DNA of 64,000 bases, taken from positions 64,001 to 128,000 of the forward strand of contig CBDESZ010000007.1 in the NCBI GenBank assembly GCA_965242725.1, given 5' to 3'. Numbering within the stretch: the first letter of the stretch is position 1; the number at the start of each line of letters is the position of its first letter. Shown here in pieces: positions 49,482 through 59,004 of this stretch. The translations under genes and the position numbers were made by a program. The DNA comes from Alkalispirochaeta sp. Lineage in GTDB: Bacteria > Spirochaetota > Spirochaetia > DSM-27196 > Alkalispirochaetaceae. The notes beneath the pieces were generated by a model, which saw only the letters and a program-made list of their open reading frames with translations, was not told the origin of the DNA and searched no databases.

Positions 49482-50771
49482 TCAGGATGCCGGTTCTTTG
49501 CGGCGGACCCGTATTTTGCGAAGCATGTGAAAGGCCAGGGAACTTGTCCTCGGGTAGAGCCGGAACGGAATCGCCCGCTTCGGCAGGGCCCGGGAAAAGC
49601 GCATACGGAAGAGAACGACGGCGACAAGCACGGACTGCACCAGAGTCATTGAGAAAAAGAGGCCGGTGGGGCCAAACCACCGCATGAACTGGCTCCCCAA
49701 CAGTGGCCCGACGACACTCCCTATTCCATAGTAAATAACGATTGCCCCCGCGGCACGGACCATTTCGTGTGGTTCAAACTGATCGTTGGCGAGCGCCACC
49801 GAAAGGGAATAGAGGGGCATCCCGAATCCTCCGTAGAGAAAGACGAGCACGTAGAGCATGGTACCGTCGGGTCGGAAGAGCGTGATGAGTGCCGCCGCGA
49901 CGGCGGAACTCCCGGCGCTCCAGAGGATGGCAAGGCGGCGACTCTTCTTGTCGGAGAGCCAGCCCACGGGCCACTGAAGCACGATGGTCCCCACCGACAA
50001 GAGAAGCATGAGAACTCCAATGGCCCCATCATCAAGACCGGTCTGCAACCCGTAGAGGGGCAACAGACTCCAGGTGGCACCGGTCATGATTCCCGCGACG
50101 ATGACCCCCGTTCCGGCGAGGGGAGACTTGAAGAAGGTCCGTACCAGCCGTGGCGGCTCCCGGTCTACGGCGGGCTCTCCGGTCACCCGCATGACGGCAA
50201 CCGGTATCAGGCAGAACGAAATGAGGACCGTCGTTGCGCCGAAGATCTCGTAGCTCTCCGGCGGGAACAGCGCCAGGAGGGGCTGGCCCGCACCCATGGA
50301 TACGAGGTAGACGACGCTGTACGCGGTGAGAAGGCGGCCCCGGTTATAGTTGGAGCTCGATGAGTTGAGCCAGCTTTCGGCGACGACAAACATGACAGAC
50401 AGGGAGAGGCCCGTCAGCGCCCGAAAGATAAACCACGCAACGGGGTCTATCAGGAGTATATGGGATATGGCGGAAACGGATCCGAGAGAGGCGGAGGCGG
50501 CAAAGGAACGGACATAGCCGACGTTCCGCACGAGGATCGGTGCTATCAGCGAGCCGACGATGAGCCCCGCGTAGTTGGCGGACATGATGAGCCCCACCGT
50601 GGAGTCCAGAAACCCTTCCACACCGGCGCGCAGCGAGACGGCGGAGCCCTGTACCCCCATTCCCGCTCCCATGAGGAATACCGAAAGCAGGATTGCCACA
50701 ACGGTCGTTTTTGTACCGTCCGGATCGGATGCGGGTGTCACGACAGGATTGTCGGTGAGAGTCGCTCCCAT
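49482..50771 (-). CDS. MFS transporter (YcaD-like)
   Basis: About 12 TM segments, VAESWLN...RGRLL, LQWPVGWLSDK. Confidence 0.9.
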   Translation of the reverse strand: MGATLTDNPVVTPASDPDGTKTTVVAILLSVFLMGAGMGVQGSAVSLRAGVEGFLDSTVGLIMSANYAGLIVGSLIAPILVRNVGYVRSFAASASLGSVSAISHILLIDPVAWFIFRALTGLSLSVMFVVAESWLNSSSSNYNRGRLLTAYSVVYLVSMGAGQPLLALFPPESYEIFGATTVLISFCLIPVAVMRVTGEPAVDREPPRLVRTFFKSPLAGTGVIVAGIMTGATWSLLPLYGLQTGLDDGAIGVLMLLLSVGTIVLQWPVGWLSDKKSRRLAILWSAGSSAVAAALITLFRPDGTMLYVLVFLYGGFGMPLYSLSVALANDQFEPHEMVRAAGAIVIYYGIGSVVGPLLGSQFMRWFGPTGLFFSMTLVQSVLVAVVLFRMRFSRALPKRAIPFRLYPRTSSLAFHMLRKIRVRRKEPAS

Positions 50772-50898
50772 TCGTCAGAATGTAAAACAGAAAGCGCCGG
50801 AGTTCCACCCGATACACCGCGTGTCATCTCGTGCCCGCCGCTTGCACGGGCCGTCGTGGTTGCCTATAACTTGAATATAGTGTGTGGAGGTAAAAAAG

Positions 50899-51579
50899 AT
50901 GAAATTGACCATCTTCATACTTGTATGTTTCCTGGTAAACGTAACGACCTGGTCCCAGCAACCCCGCTCGGTGGAAGAACTCTATCTCAGCTCCGCCGTT
51001 ACGATCGAAACTCTATCTGTGCAAATGCTCTCCCGGGAGCGATCGGTCCAGTTTCTGGCGCTCAGCACCCTTGACCACCAGATTGAGACCGGTTTCGTAT
51101 CCCCCGACAGCGTTGAAGTCCTGAACGCCCTCAGACCCCTCGTTGAGCAGGGGGTGCTGATCGTTTCACGAAGTGCCGCCCCGGCGATCGAGACGTACGA
51201 TCCCGGGGTTCGCCGTGAGGCGGTTCGCCTGGTAGGCAAGCTCGACGCCTCCCTTGCGCGACAGACCCTCGTTCAGACCGTCCGGTATGACCCGGAACCG
51301 ACGGTCAGGGCCGAGGCGCTCTTTGGACTTGCCCGCATGAGATCGGACCCGAATGGGGAGGTAACCGGATCGATTGCGCGAATGATCCTGCGGGAGCATG
51401 TTAAGCAGTTCGATGAGGGCGTCGTTCTTGCGGCGATTATCGCCATCGGCGAAATTGCCCAGGACGGGAACAATGTCATCGATCCGGCGTGTCGGGAGAT
51501 GCTGGTGTATGTCGCCTCGGATTACCGGTATCCCCGCAGGCTCAGGGAGCTCTCGCTGGGAGTTCTGTCGACGTTCTGA
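50899..51579 (+). CDS. Exported HEAT-repeat protein
   Basis: GGAGG SD, signal peptide, SVEELYL, VRREAVRLVG, DPEPTVRAEALFGL. Confidence 0.75.
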   Translation: MKLTIFILVCFLVNVTTWSQQPRSVEELYLSSAVTIETLSVQMLSRERSVQFLALSTLDHQIETGFVSPDSVEVLNALRPLVEQGVLIVSRSAAPAIETYDPGVRREAVRLVGKLDASLARQTLVQTVRYDPEPTVRAEALFGLARMRSDPNGEVTGSIARMILREHVKQFDEGVVLAAIIAIGEIAQDGNNVIDPACREMLVYVASDYRYPRRLRELSLGVLSTF

Positions 51580-51713
51580 ACGTCCCGGAAGCGTACATAT
51601 CCGCTGGAATATCCTGTTCTTTCCGCGTGTTGAACGAGCCGACCGGCCGTGCATCTTCGTATGCGCCGGCGGTATCGGATGACGTACGGGAATAAGGCAA
51701 CTACAATGGTGAC

Positions 51714-52145
51714 ATGAAAAATACCCGCCGAACAGATACCGTCAACATTGAGGATTTGCAGGAGCGCAGAGACCAGATCATCGCCGAGATCGACGAGTAT
51801 AACAAGGAACGCGACCGCATTCGTACAATGCTCGGTAAGGTCGGCGGCCGGAGTTACTCAAAACGGGACATGATCGTCAACATCGTGTTCCTTTTGGCGA
51901 TCGTTACGTTGTTTCTCGTTGAGATAACGACCAAATTTCTCCCGATTTTCATATCCATTGAAGTGAGTATTCTCTTGGTCTCAATAAAGATCGTGTGGAT
52001 GATTCACAGCCAGCATCGATTCAACCACTTTCAGTTCTGGGTGCTCAATTCCATAGAGTTTCGGGTTAACGATATGCAAAATCGGGTCGCCCGATTGGAG
52101 AAGTCCCTTGCGGCTCACTCCAGGACGGCAACGGACAGCGTATAA
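51714..52145 (+). CDS. Conserved hypothetical protein with coiled coil and two TM segments
   Basis: LLVSIKIVWMIH...NHFQFWVLNSIEFRVN. Confidence 0.7.
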   Translation: MKNTRRTDTVNIEDLQERRDQIIAEIDEYNKERDRIRTMLGKVGGRSYSKRDMIVNIVFLLAIVTLFLVEITTKFLPIFISIEVSILLVSIKIVWMIHSQHRFNHFQFWVLNSIEFRVNDMQNRVARLEKSLAAHSRTATDSV

Positions 52146-52173
52146 ACGCAGCCGTCACCGCCGACGCTGTTAC

Positions 52174-52605
52174 TTACCGACGCGCCCCGGACAGCGCTTC
52201 CTGGGCAAGAACAAAGTAGGGATTTATTGTTATCGAAACTCCGCTGATCGCATCCACCGCGCTGGAACTGCGGGTGAGTTGTCCGGGATCCTGGACTTTC
52301 ACCAGATGCGCCGCCGCAAGATCGGCCTGAACATACCATGGAGATTGGGCGCCGCCGTTTTCAAACATGCCGTATTTCCCCTGTACCGAGGTGAGATACT
52401 TCGGCATGCCGCCGCCTTCCGCTAGTGCGTCAAAGTGTACGTCCACGATATAGCCGTTCTCGACGACAATACGGACGGATTCCTTCCAGCCGTGGCTGAA
52501 CTCGTCACCCATGGCGGTGTACGTTCCATCCTTCCACATGCCCTGGGCAAAGACAGCACCGCCAAGGACCATAAAGACGACCAGTAACAATAACATCTTT
52601 TTCAT
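52174..52605 (-). CDS. Exported FMN-binding-domain protein (major membrane immunogen-like)
   Basis: Signal peptide, KDGTYTA, HGWK, VDAISGVSI. Confidence 0.8.
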   Translation of the reverse strand: MKKMLLLLVVFMVLGGAVFAQGMWKDGTYTAMGDEFSHGWKESVRIVVENGYIVDVHFDALAEGGGMPKYLTSVQGKYGMFENGGAQSPWYVQADLAAAHLVKVQDPGQLTRSSSAVDAISGVSITINPYFVLAQEALSGARR

Positions 52606-52748
52606 CGGAAACCTCCTTGAGTCGTGAGACAGAATTGTCTTCGTTGAACCATTTTTATGTCTGCCGCGTCGAACGTCAAGGGATCGAAAAAATTCGCTCC
52701 ATAAAATCCGCAATTAAGAGTTTGAACATACTGTGATAGAATCCGTCC

Positions 52749-55088
52749 ATGAACGAGGCGCATCAGGGAGAACCGCCGACGATCGGTGTCTTTGCGGTGG
52801 AACTGGACGACGCGTACCAGTCGGTGATATGGCGGGGAATAGAGTATGAAGCGAACCGCAGGGGTCTCGGCGTCATCTCCTTCCTCGGCTCCCGTTCGGA
52901 TTATCCAATCGTATCCGAGGCGAGTCTCAACGTCGCCTACAATCTGGCGGAACGGAGAAATATCGACGGCCTTATTCTCATTTCCTCCGCCATCGCCACC
53001 CTCCATGACTCGGTCGATCTGGAAGTGCTCTTTGCACCGTGGAAGAATCTTCCCCGCGTCTCCGTTGGTATCCGCATTCCCGGCATGTCCAGCATCACCG
53101 TCGAGGAAACGAGTGAGGTCTCCTTTATTATCCGCCATCTCGTGGAGGTGCATAAACGTCGCAGGTTTGCCCTCGTCACCGGTCCATTGGGCCACTACGA
53201 GTCGATTGCCCGCCGTCGCGCCGTGGAATCGACGCTTCAGGAGTACGGCATGCCCCTGGACCCGCGTCTGGTGGTGTCCGGGTACTTTCGTCAGGCTTCG
53301 GGGGAGGATGCGGTGGAACGACTCCTCTCGCGGGATATAGACTTTGACGCCCTTATCTGCCTCAATGACCGCATGGCCCAGGGTGCGCTCAAGGCGCTGG
53401 CGGCCCGCGGTATCGATGTCCCCACCGATGTATCCCTCACCGGTTTTGACGGCTCCGAGTTTTCCCGATACGCCTCGCCGCCGCTGACGACGGTCATTCA
53501 GCCGCTCTATGAAATGGGCCTTTCCGCAGTGGAGACGCTGGACGGCGTCATAAACGGCGGAGAGGAGCAGCACGTCGTCCTTTCCTGCACAAAAGTCATA
53601 CGAGAGTCATGCGGATGCACCCCCCATCTCAACCGCGTCGCGCCCTCACATACGCCCTCCTACGCATCACCCCAGGAGATAGACGCGATTGAGGAGCTGG
53701 TCACCTGTCTGGAGCGGGGAGATCACGAGCGCTTCATCACCCGTCTCAACGGCGCCCTTGATGCAACAGGCCGCGAGAGCGGTGCCCTCGACCGGTGGAA
53801 TGAATACCTGTCGGTCATAGAGAATCGTCTCGCCTCCAGAGGAGACGGGGAACTGTCGGTCACGGCGCGGATACTCGTGGGAGATCGCATGGCGCGTTAT
53901 CAGGCGGCACGGCGTATCACGACGGAAGAGACCTTTGCCAAGCTGCGGCTGATCAGCTCACTACTGGCGGGGGCATTTGAGCTGTCGTCGATGTTCACCA
54001 GGCTGGAAAAAGGACTTTCCCTCTTCGGTATTCAGAAGGGGTTTCTCGTGACCTTTGAACCGGGCACCGAAGGACGGCGGGCGCGTCTCCTCCTCGCAAT
54101 GGACTCCCATCGGTATCCCCTGCCTCCGGAGGGAACGGCGTTTGAGACGGTGGACATCCTCCCGCCCGCTCTGGGTACCGCCTGGCGGAGGTCCAACTGG
54201 GTGCTGACGCCGCTCGTCTTTGAAGAAGAACCGCTGGGCTATCTCCTCCTGCCGGGGGGATTTGAATCACCGCTTCTGTACGACATCCTGCAGGAACAGA
54301 TCGCCAGCAATCTGAAGGGGACCCTTCTCCTTGAGCAGGTACGCACCCATGAACAGACGCTGAAGGATGAGGTGGCGGCCCGGACGCGTGATCTCCGTCG
54401 CATCAACGAGGAGCTCTCCCGTGAAGTGGAACGCAGGGCGGAACTGGAACAGGAGGTGATCGACGTATCCAACCGAACGATGGAACGGATCGGTCAGGAC
54501 CTCCACGACGATCTGTGTCAGCACCTTTCGGGTATTGCCCTCCTCACGTCCATGGTTCGGAACTCAGTTGCTGACGGCGAGGGCACCGACGTGGCCTCCC
54601 TTGACCACATTAACAACCTTCTTACCGACTCCATAGTGCGGGTCAAACAGATCGCCCGCGGCCTCGTTCCCACCGGCCTGGAAGCACGGGGACTGGCGTG
54701 GAAGGTTGAGTCCCTTGTCATGGAGTTTCGTCGCAGTTCACACAAGGAGATCGATTTTTCCGCAGCGGAAGACTTTGATATACCCGTGACGGACACGGCG
54801 CTGCAACTGTATCGTATCGTTCAGGAAGCGCTGGCAAACGCCGTTCAGCACTCCGGCGCCGACCGAATCGCCATATCCCTTTATCGGGATACGTCGGGCC
54901 GGTGGATGGTCGCGGAAGTCCGGGACGACGGAACGGGCCTTCCCGATCAAATACCCTCCGGCGGTCTGGGCATGCGAACGATGCGTTATCGCGCAGGTAT
55001 CATTAAGGCGAAAATCAGTGTGGAGAACACTCATCCGGGCACCCGGGTCCGGTGTTACGTCCCGACAGGGAAGGGAGAGGAAGCGTGA
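52749..55088 (+). CDS. Soluble histidine kinase: LacI-type sugar-binding domain, helical/GAF-like region, then HisKA_3/HATPase
   Basis: ICLNDRMAQG, VPTDVSLTGFD, PPLTTVIQP, RESCGC; RIGQDLHDDLCQ, QEALANAVQH, DDGTG, GLGMRTM. No HTH or TM segment seen. Confidence 0.88.
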   Translation: MNEAHQGEPPTIGVFAVELDDAYQSVIWRGIEYEANRRGLGVISFLGSRSDYPIVSEASLNVAYNLAERRNIDGLILISSAIATLHDSVDLEVLFAPWKNLPRVSVGIRIPGMSSITVEETSEVSFIIRHLVEVHKRRRFALVTGPLGHYESIARRRAVESTLQEYGMPLDPRLVVSGYFRQASGEDAVERLLSRDIDFDALICLNDRMAQGALKALAARGIDVPTDVSLTGFDGSEFSRYASPPLTTVIQPLYEMGLSAVETLDGVINGGEEQHVVLSCTKVIRESCGCTPHLNRVAPSHTPSYASPQEIDAIEELVTCLERGDHERFITRLNGALDATGRESGALDRWNEYLSVIENRLASRGDGELSVTARILVGDRMARYQAARRITTEETFAKLRLISSLLAGAFELSSMFTRLEKGLSLFGIQKGFLVTFEPGTEGRRARLLLAMDSHRYPLPPEGTAFETVDILPPALGTAWRRSNWVLTPLVFEEEPLGYLLLPGGFESPLLYDILQEQIASNLKGTLLLEQVRTHEQTLKDEVAARTRDLRRINEELSREVERRAELEQEVIDVSNRTMERIGQDLHDDLCQHLSGIALLTSMVRNSVADGEGTDVASLDHINNLLTDSIVRVKQIARGLVPTGLEARGLAWKVESLVMEFRRSSHKEIDFSAAEDFDIPVTDTALQLYRIVQEALANAVQHSGADRIAISLYRDTSGRWMVAEVRDDGTGLPDQIPSGGLGMRTMRYRAGIIKAKISVENTHPGTRVRCYVPTGKGEEA

Positions 55089-55741
55089 AGCGTGCCGTTA
55101 CATTTCTGGTAGTGGATGATCACCCGATTTTTCGGCAAGGCCTGGCGGCACTGATCCGGAAGAACCCGCTCTACCAGGATTGCAGGGAGGCGGGAGACGT
55201 TGATGAGGCGCTCGCCGTTGCAGCCGAGGCGGAACCGGATATCGCGCTTATCGATATCTCACTGAACGGAAAGAGCGGATTTGACCTCGTCCAGACCTTT
55301 CAGACGACCTATCCCGGGATGCGGCAGCTTGTCATATCCATGTACGACGAGGCGGTCTACGCATCCAGCGCGCTGAAGGCGGGGGCCAGGGGCTACGTCA
55401 TGAAGCACGAGGCGGCGTCGGTGGTGCTTGACGCCATACAGACGGTGATAGACGGCCGGATATACCTCTCCCCGGCGATGCGGGAACGGTTCATCGACGC
55501 CATGTTCTCCCAGAGCGGGAAAACGGACCTCCTCCCGATAGAACAGCTCACCGTCAGGGAGGTGGAGATCCTCGTCATGATCGGACAGGGATACGGTGCC
55601 TCGGAAATCGCCGAGATGCTTCACATTTCGGTCAAGACGGTAAACGTCCACCGGGAAAAACTGAAACAGAAACTTCAAATATCCGACGCCAACGAGCTGC
55701 GCCGATTCGCCATTAAATGGGTGCAAAGCAGAGAACGATAG
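55085..55741 (+). CDS. NarL/LuxR-family response regulator
   Basis: VVDDHPIFRQG, IDISL, GARGYVMK, LTVREVEIL...ISVKTV. Confidence 0.93.
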   Translation: MKRAVTFLVVDDHPIFRQGLAALIRKNPLYQDCREAGDVDEALAVAAEAEPDIALIDISLNGKSGFDLVQTFQTTYPGMRQLVISMYDEAVYASSALKAGARGYVMKHEAASVVLDAIQTVIDGRIYLSPAMRERFIDAMFSQSGKTDLLPIEQLTVREVEILVMIGQGYGASEIAEMLHISVKTVNVHREKLKQKLQISDANELRRFAIKWVQSRER

Positions 55742-55743
55742 AC

Positions 55744-55761
55744 ATAGGTGAAATGTCCTAT
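55744..55761. promoter_or_regulatory. Candidate response-regulator binding palindrome
   Basis: ATAGGTGA-AA-TGTCCTAT upstream of the ABC operon. Confidence 0.5.
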
Positions 55762-55840
55762 ATCACAACCCGCCGTTTGTCCTCTTTGCCGATGGGACAG
55801 GTCGTGGTGGAATGGTATCACAATAACGAGGAGGTGCTCT

Positions 55841-57124
55841 ATGAAGCATTTGGTACGTAATGTATGCGTCGCCTTTTTCATCGTGAGCGTCGTCGGCGGA
55901 GCTTTTGCCGCCGGCGCCCGGGAAGAGGCGGACGGGGAAACGACAATTCAGTTCTGGCATATCGATACGGCCCAGGAAGCCCAGCCGTACTGGCAGGAGC
56001 TGGCCGACGAGTTCATGGCACAGAATCCCGGTGTCACCATCGAGATTACCGTCCTTGAAAATGAGGCATTCAAGAGCCGTCTCACCGCAATGATGCAGGC
56101 CGGCGATCCCCCGGACATCTATCGCAGCTGGGGTGGCGGCGTCATGGTGGAGCACGCCGAAGCGGGCCTGGTGCGGGATATCACCGAAGAGGTCCATGAT
56201 ACTCCCTTCGGCGATACCATCCCGGAAGGGGCCCTCGGTGTATACGCCTATCAGGGTCGCCAGTACGGCGTTCCCTATGACATGGGAGCGGTAACCTTCT
56301 GGTACAACACGGAAATCCTCGCTGAAGCGGGATGGAGCGAATTCCCCGCGTCGTGGAGCGACCTGCTCCGTATGGTACGGGACGTCCGCGATGCGGGATA
56401 TATCCCCATGGCCCTCGCCGGTGCCGACAAATGGCCAGCCCACTTCTACTGGACCTATCTCGCCATGCGCATGGGCGGAAAAGCGGCGATCGACGGCGTC
56501 CTTGAAGGCACCGGAAGCTTCACCGACGACCCCTTTGTCGAAGCGGGCGAACTCCTTCTCCAACTCCGTGACGCCGGAGCCTTTCAGACGGGCTTTCTCG
56601 GGGCAACCCAGTCCGATCAGGCTGCTCTCGTCGGAAACGGAGAGGCCGCGATGGAACTCATGGGACAGTGGGCCCCCTACGTGCAGGCCGACGCGTCCCT
56701 GGACGGCGGCATCGGTGACGCCCTTGCGGTCGCACCCTTCCCCCTTGTTGAAGGCGGTCCGGGAGCGGGCACCGACGTTCTCGGCGGTGGAAACGGCTTT
56801 GAAATCGGTCGCGATGCCCCGGATATCACCATCGACTTCCTGAAGTTCATGATCAACAGGGAAAACAACACCGCCCTGGCACGGACGGGACGGGCCATAC
56901 CCACCGTCATCGGTGCGGAAGCGGGAATTGAAGATCCCCTGATGCGCCAGGTGGCCGATGTCGTCTCCCAGGCGGAATACTTCCAGCTCTATCTGGACCA
57001 GTTCTTTCCGCCCGCCGTCGGTGGAGTTATCAACGACTCGGTCCAGGCACTCCTTGCCGATCAAATGACTCCCGAGGAAGCGGCCCAGGCGATTCAGGAC
57101 GCGTGGCTGAACAACCAGAACTGA
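55841..57124 (+). CDS. Sugar ABC substrate-binding protein (xylo-oligosaccharide/raffinose-like cluster)
   Basis: GAGGAGG SD, signal peptide ...AFAAGARE, GDPPDIYRSWGGG, MELMGQW, QLYLDQ. Confidence 0.92.
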   Translation: MKHLVRNVCVAFFIVSVVGGAFAAGAREEADGETTIQFWHIDTAQEAQPYWQELADEFMAQNPGVTIEITVLENEAFKSRLTAMMQAGDPPDIYRSWGGGVMVEHAEAGLVRDITEEVHDTPFGDTIPEGALGVYAYQGRQYGVPYDMGAVTFWYNTEILAEAGWSEFPASWSDLLRMVRDVRDAGYIPMALAGADKWPAHFYWTYLAMRMGGKAAIDGVLEGTGSFTDDPFVEAGELLLQLRDAGAFQTGFLGATQSDQAALVGNGEAAMELMGQWAPYVQADASLDGGIGDALAVAPFPLVEGGPGAGTDVLGGGNGFEIGRDAPDITIDFLKFMINRENNTALARTGRAIPTVIGAEAGIEDPLMRQVADVVSQAEYFQLYLDQFFPPAVGGVINDSVQALLADQMTPEEAAQAIQDAWLNNQN

Positions 57125-57199
57125 TCATTTCTTTTCTATGCCGTTTCGGGCACACATTCCGCGCCCGGACCGGTCACCTGTCCCGATCGCCGCGCCCCG

Positions 57200-58135
57200 G
57201 TGACGGTCGATCGGGACAGCCGTTACACGGAGGTCGACGTGAAAGCAGGAATATTGACACTCCGCCGGCAAACCGTGGGTACGGTGATGATCCTCGTATT
57301 GCCGGCGTTCATTATTTACACCCTTTTCGTGGTCTATCCCGTTCTCCAAGCGATGGTATACAGCCTCTACCGGTGGAACGGATTCGGTGCCCTCACCGAT
57401 TTTCGCGGTCTGGAAAACTTTGCCCGTCTCTTTGAAAACGCCATATTTCACAAGGCGTTGCTGAACAGCTTCATTATCATGATTTTCTCGCTGCTGGTGC
57501 AGCTGCCGCTGGCCATGGTGCTGGCGTTGATCGTCCACAAGAGCGATTTTCCTCTGGCGGTTCTCTTTCGCACCGTCTTCTTTCTGCCCTTTGTCATGTC
57601 CGAAATCGTGACGGGCGTGCTCTGGCAGTTCATTTACCATCCCCAGTACGGGCTGGTGAATTACATCATTCAACTCGTACGTCCCGGCGCCGATCCGGTG
57701 GCCTACCTGGCCAACCCCGATACGGTACTCGGCGCCATCCTGGTCGTTATCCTCTGGAAATACTTCGGTCTGCACATGACCATCTATATAGCCGGACTCC
57801 AGGGCATTCCCGACGAGCTCTACGACGCGGCCCGCATAGACGGCGCCGGTGACGTTCAGGTCATACGTCGCATTGTCCTGCCCCTACTGAAGCCGACGAT
57901 CATGATATCCGTCTTCTTCTCCATCATCGGTTCACTGCAGGTCTTTGACATCATCTGGGCGATGGGCCGGGGCGGACCGGTGAATGCATCGGAAACGATG
58001 GTCACCTACATGTACAAGTTCGGTCTGGAACGGTACGCCATCGGGTACGGCAGCGCCGTTGCGGTGACCATATTCGTCATCTGTCTCTCCTTCAGCGTTA
58101 TCTATCAGCGCTTTCTTGTGCGCGCGGCCACGTAG
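57200..58135 (+). CDS. Carbohydrate ABC permease (MalF-type); start uncertain
   Basis: AGLQGIPDELYDAARIDGA, GYGSAVA. Confidence 0.9.
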   Translation: MTVDRDSRYTEVDVKAGILTLRRQTVGTVMILVLPAFIIYTLFVVYPVLQAMVYSLYRWNGFGALTDFRGLENFARLFENAIFHKALLNSFIIMIFSLLVQLPLAMVLALIVHKSDFPLAVLFRTVFFLPFVMSEIVTGVLWQFIYHPQYGLVNYIIQLVRPGADPVAYLANPDTVLGAILVVILWKYFGLHMTIYIAGLQGIPDELYDAARIDGAGDVQVIRRIVLPLLKPTIMISVFFSIIGSLQVFDIIWAMGRGGPVNASETMVTYMYKFGLERYAIGYGSAVAVTIFVICLSFSVIYQRFLVRAAT

Positions 58136-58158
58136 GGCCGATTTCAGGAGCGAATTGT

Positions 58159-59004
58159 ATGGTTGTAGAAAAAAGACATAAACGACGGGTTCTCGTCTTC
58201 AAGTACGGGCTCTCACTTACCGTGGCGTTACTGGTACTGATTCCCCTCTACGTTGCCGTTCTGGGCGGCTTCAAGTCTATGGGCCAGCTCATGTCAAACC
58301 CCTTCGGTATCACCTTTCCCCTTCTTCCGGATCAGTACACCGACCTCCTCTCGGGACGGGTGGGATTCTTCTGGAGCGCCCTCTTCAACTCCGTGTGGGT
58401 CTCGGTCCTCACCGTCGGGGTGGGAATCGTAATATGTACCGCCGCGGCGTTTGCACTTTCGAGAATTCAGTTTTACCTCAACGGTCCTATACTGGGCTAT
58501 TTCCTTCTGGGTCTTCTCTTTCCCATCGCCGTGGCGATGCTGCCTCTCTTCCTTCAGATACGGGATCTGGGGCTGATGAACACCTATTTCGGCGTCGCCC
58601 TTCCACAGGCGGCGTTCCAGATACCCATGCAGGTGCTGTTGATGTACGCCTTTTTCAAGGCGATCCCCCAGGATCTGGAAGATGCCTGCTCAATAGACGG
58701 CCACGGTCCCATCGGTTTTTTTGTCCATATGGTCATCCCCCTTTCCACGCCGATCCTCGCCACAACCGGCGTCATCACCCTCGTTGCGAGCTGGAACAAC
58801 TTCTTTCTGCCCCTCCTCGTCTTCAATGACCGTTCAAAGTATACCCTCCCGCTGGGAGTCATGGATTTTATGGGACAGCACATGACCAGATGGAATCTGG
58901 TACTGGGCTACGTCACGCTCTCCCTCATCCCGGCGGTGATTTTCTTCATTTTCGCCCAGAAATACATAGTCGCGGGCCTTACCGGCGGAGCGGTAAAAGG
59001 ATGA
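58159..59004 (+). CDS. Carbohydrate ABC permease (MalG-type)
   Basis: IPQDLEDACSIDG, SWNNFFLPL, GLTGGAVKG. Confidence 0.92.
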   Translation: MVVEKRHKRRVLVFKYGLSLTVALLVLIPLYVAVLGGFKSMGQLMSNPFGITFPLLPDQYTDLLSGRVGFFWSALFNSVWVSVLTVGVGIVICTAAAFALSRIQFYLNGPILGYFLLGLLFPIAVAMLPLFLQIRDLGLMNTYFGVALPQAAFQIPMQVLLMYAFFKAIPQDLEDACSIDGHGPIGFFVHMVIPLSTPILATTGVITLVASWNNFFLPLLVFNDRSKYTLPLGVMDFMGQHMTRWNLVLGYVTLSLIPAVIFFIFAQKYIVAGLTGGAVKG

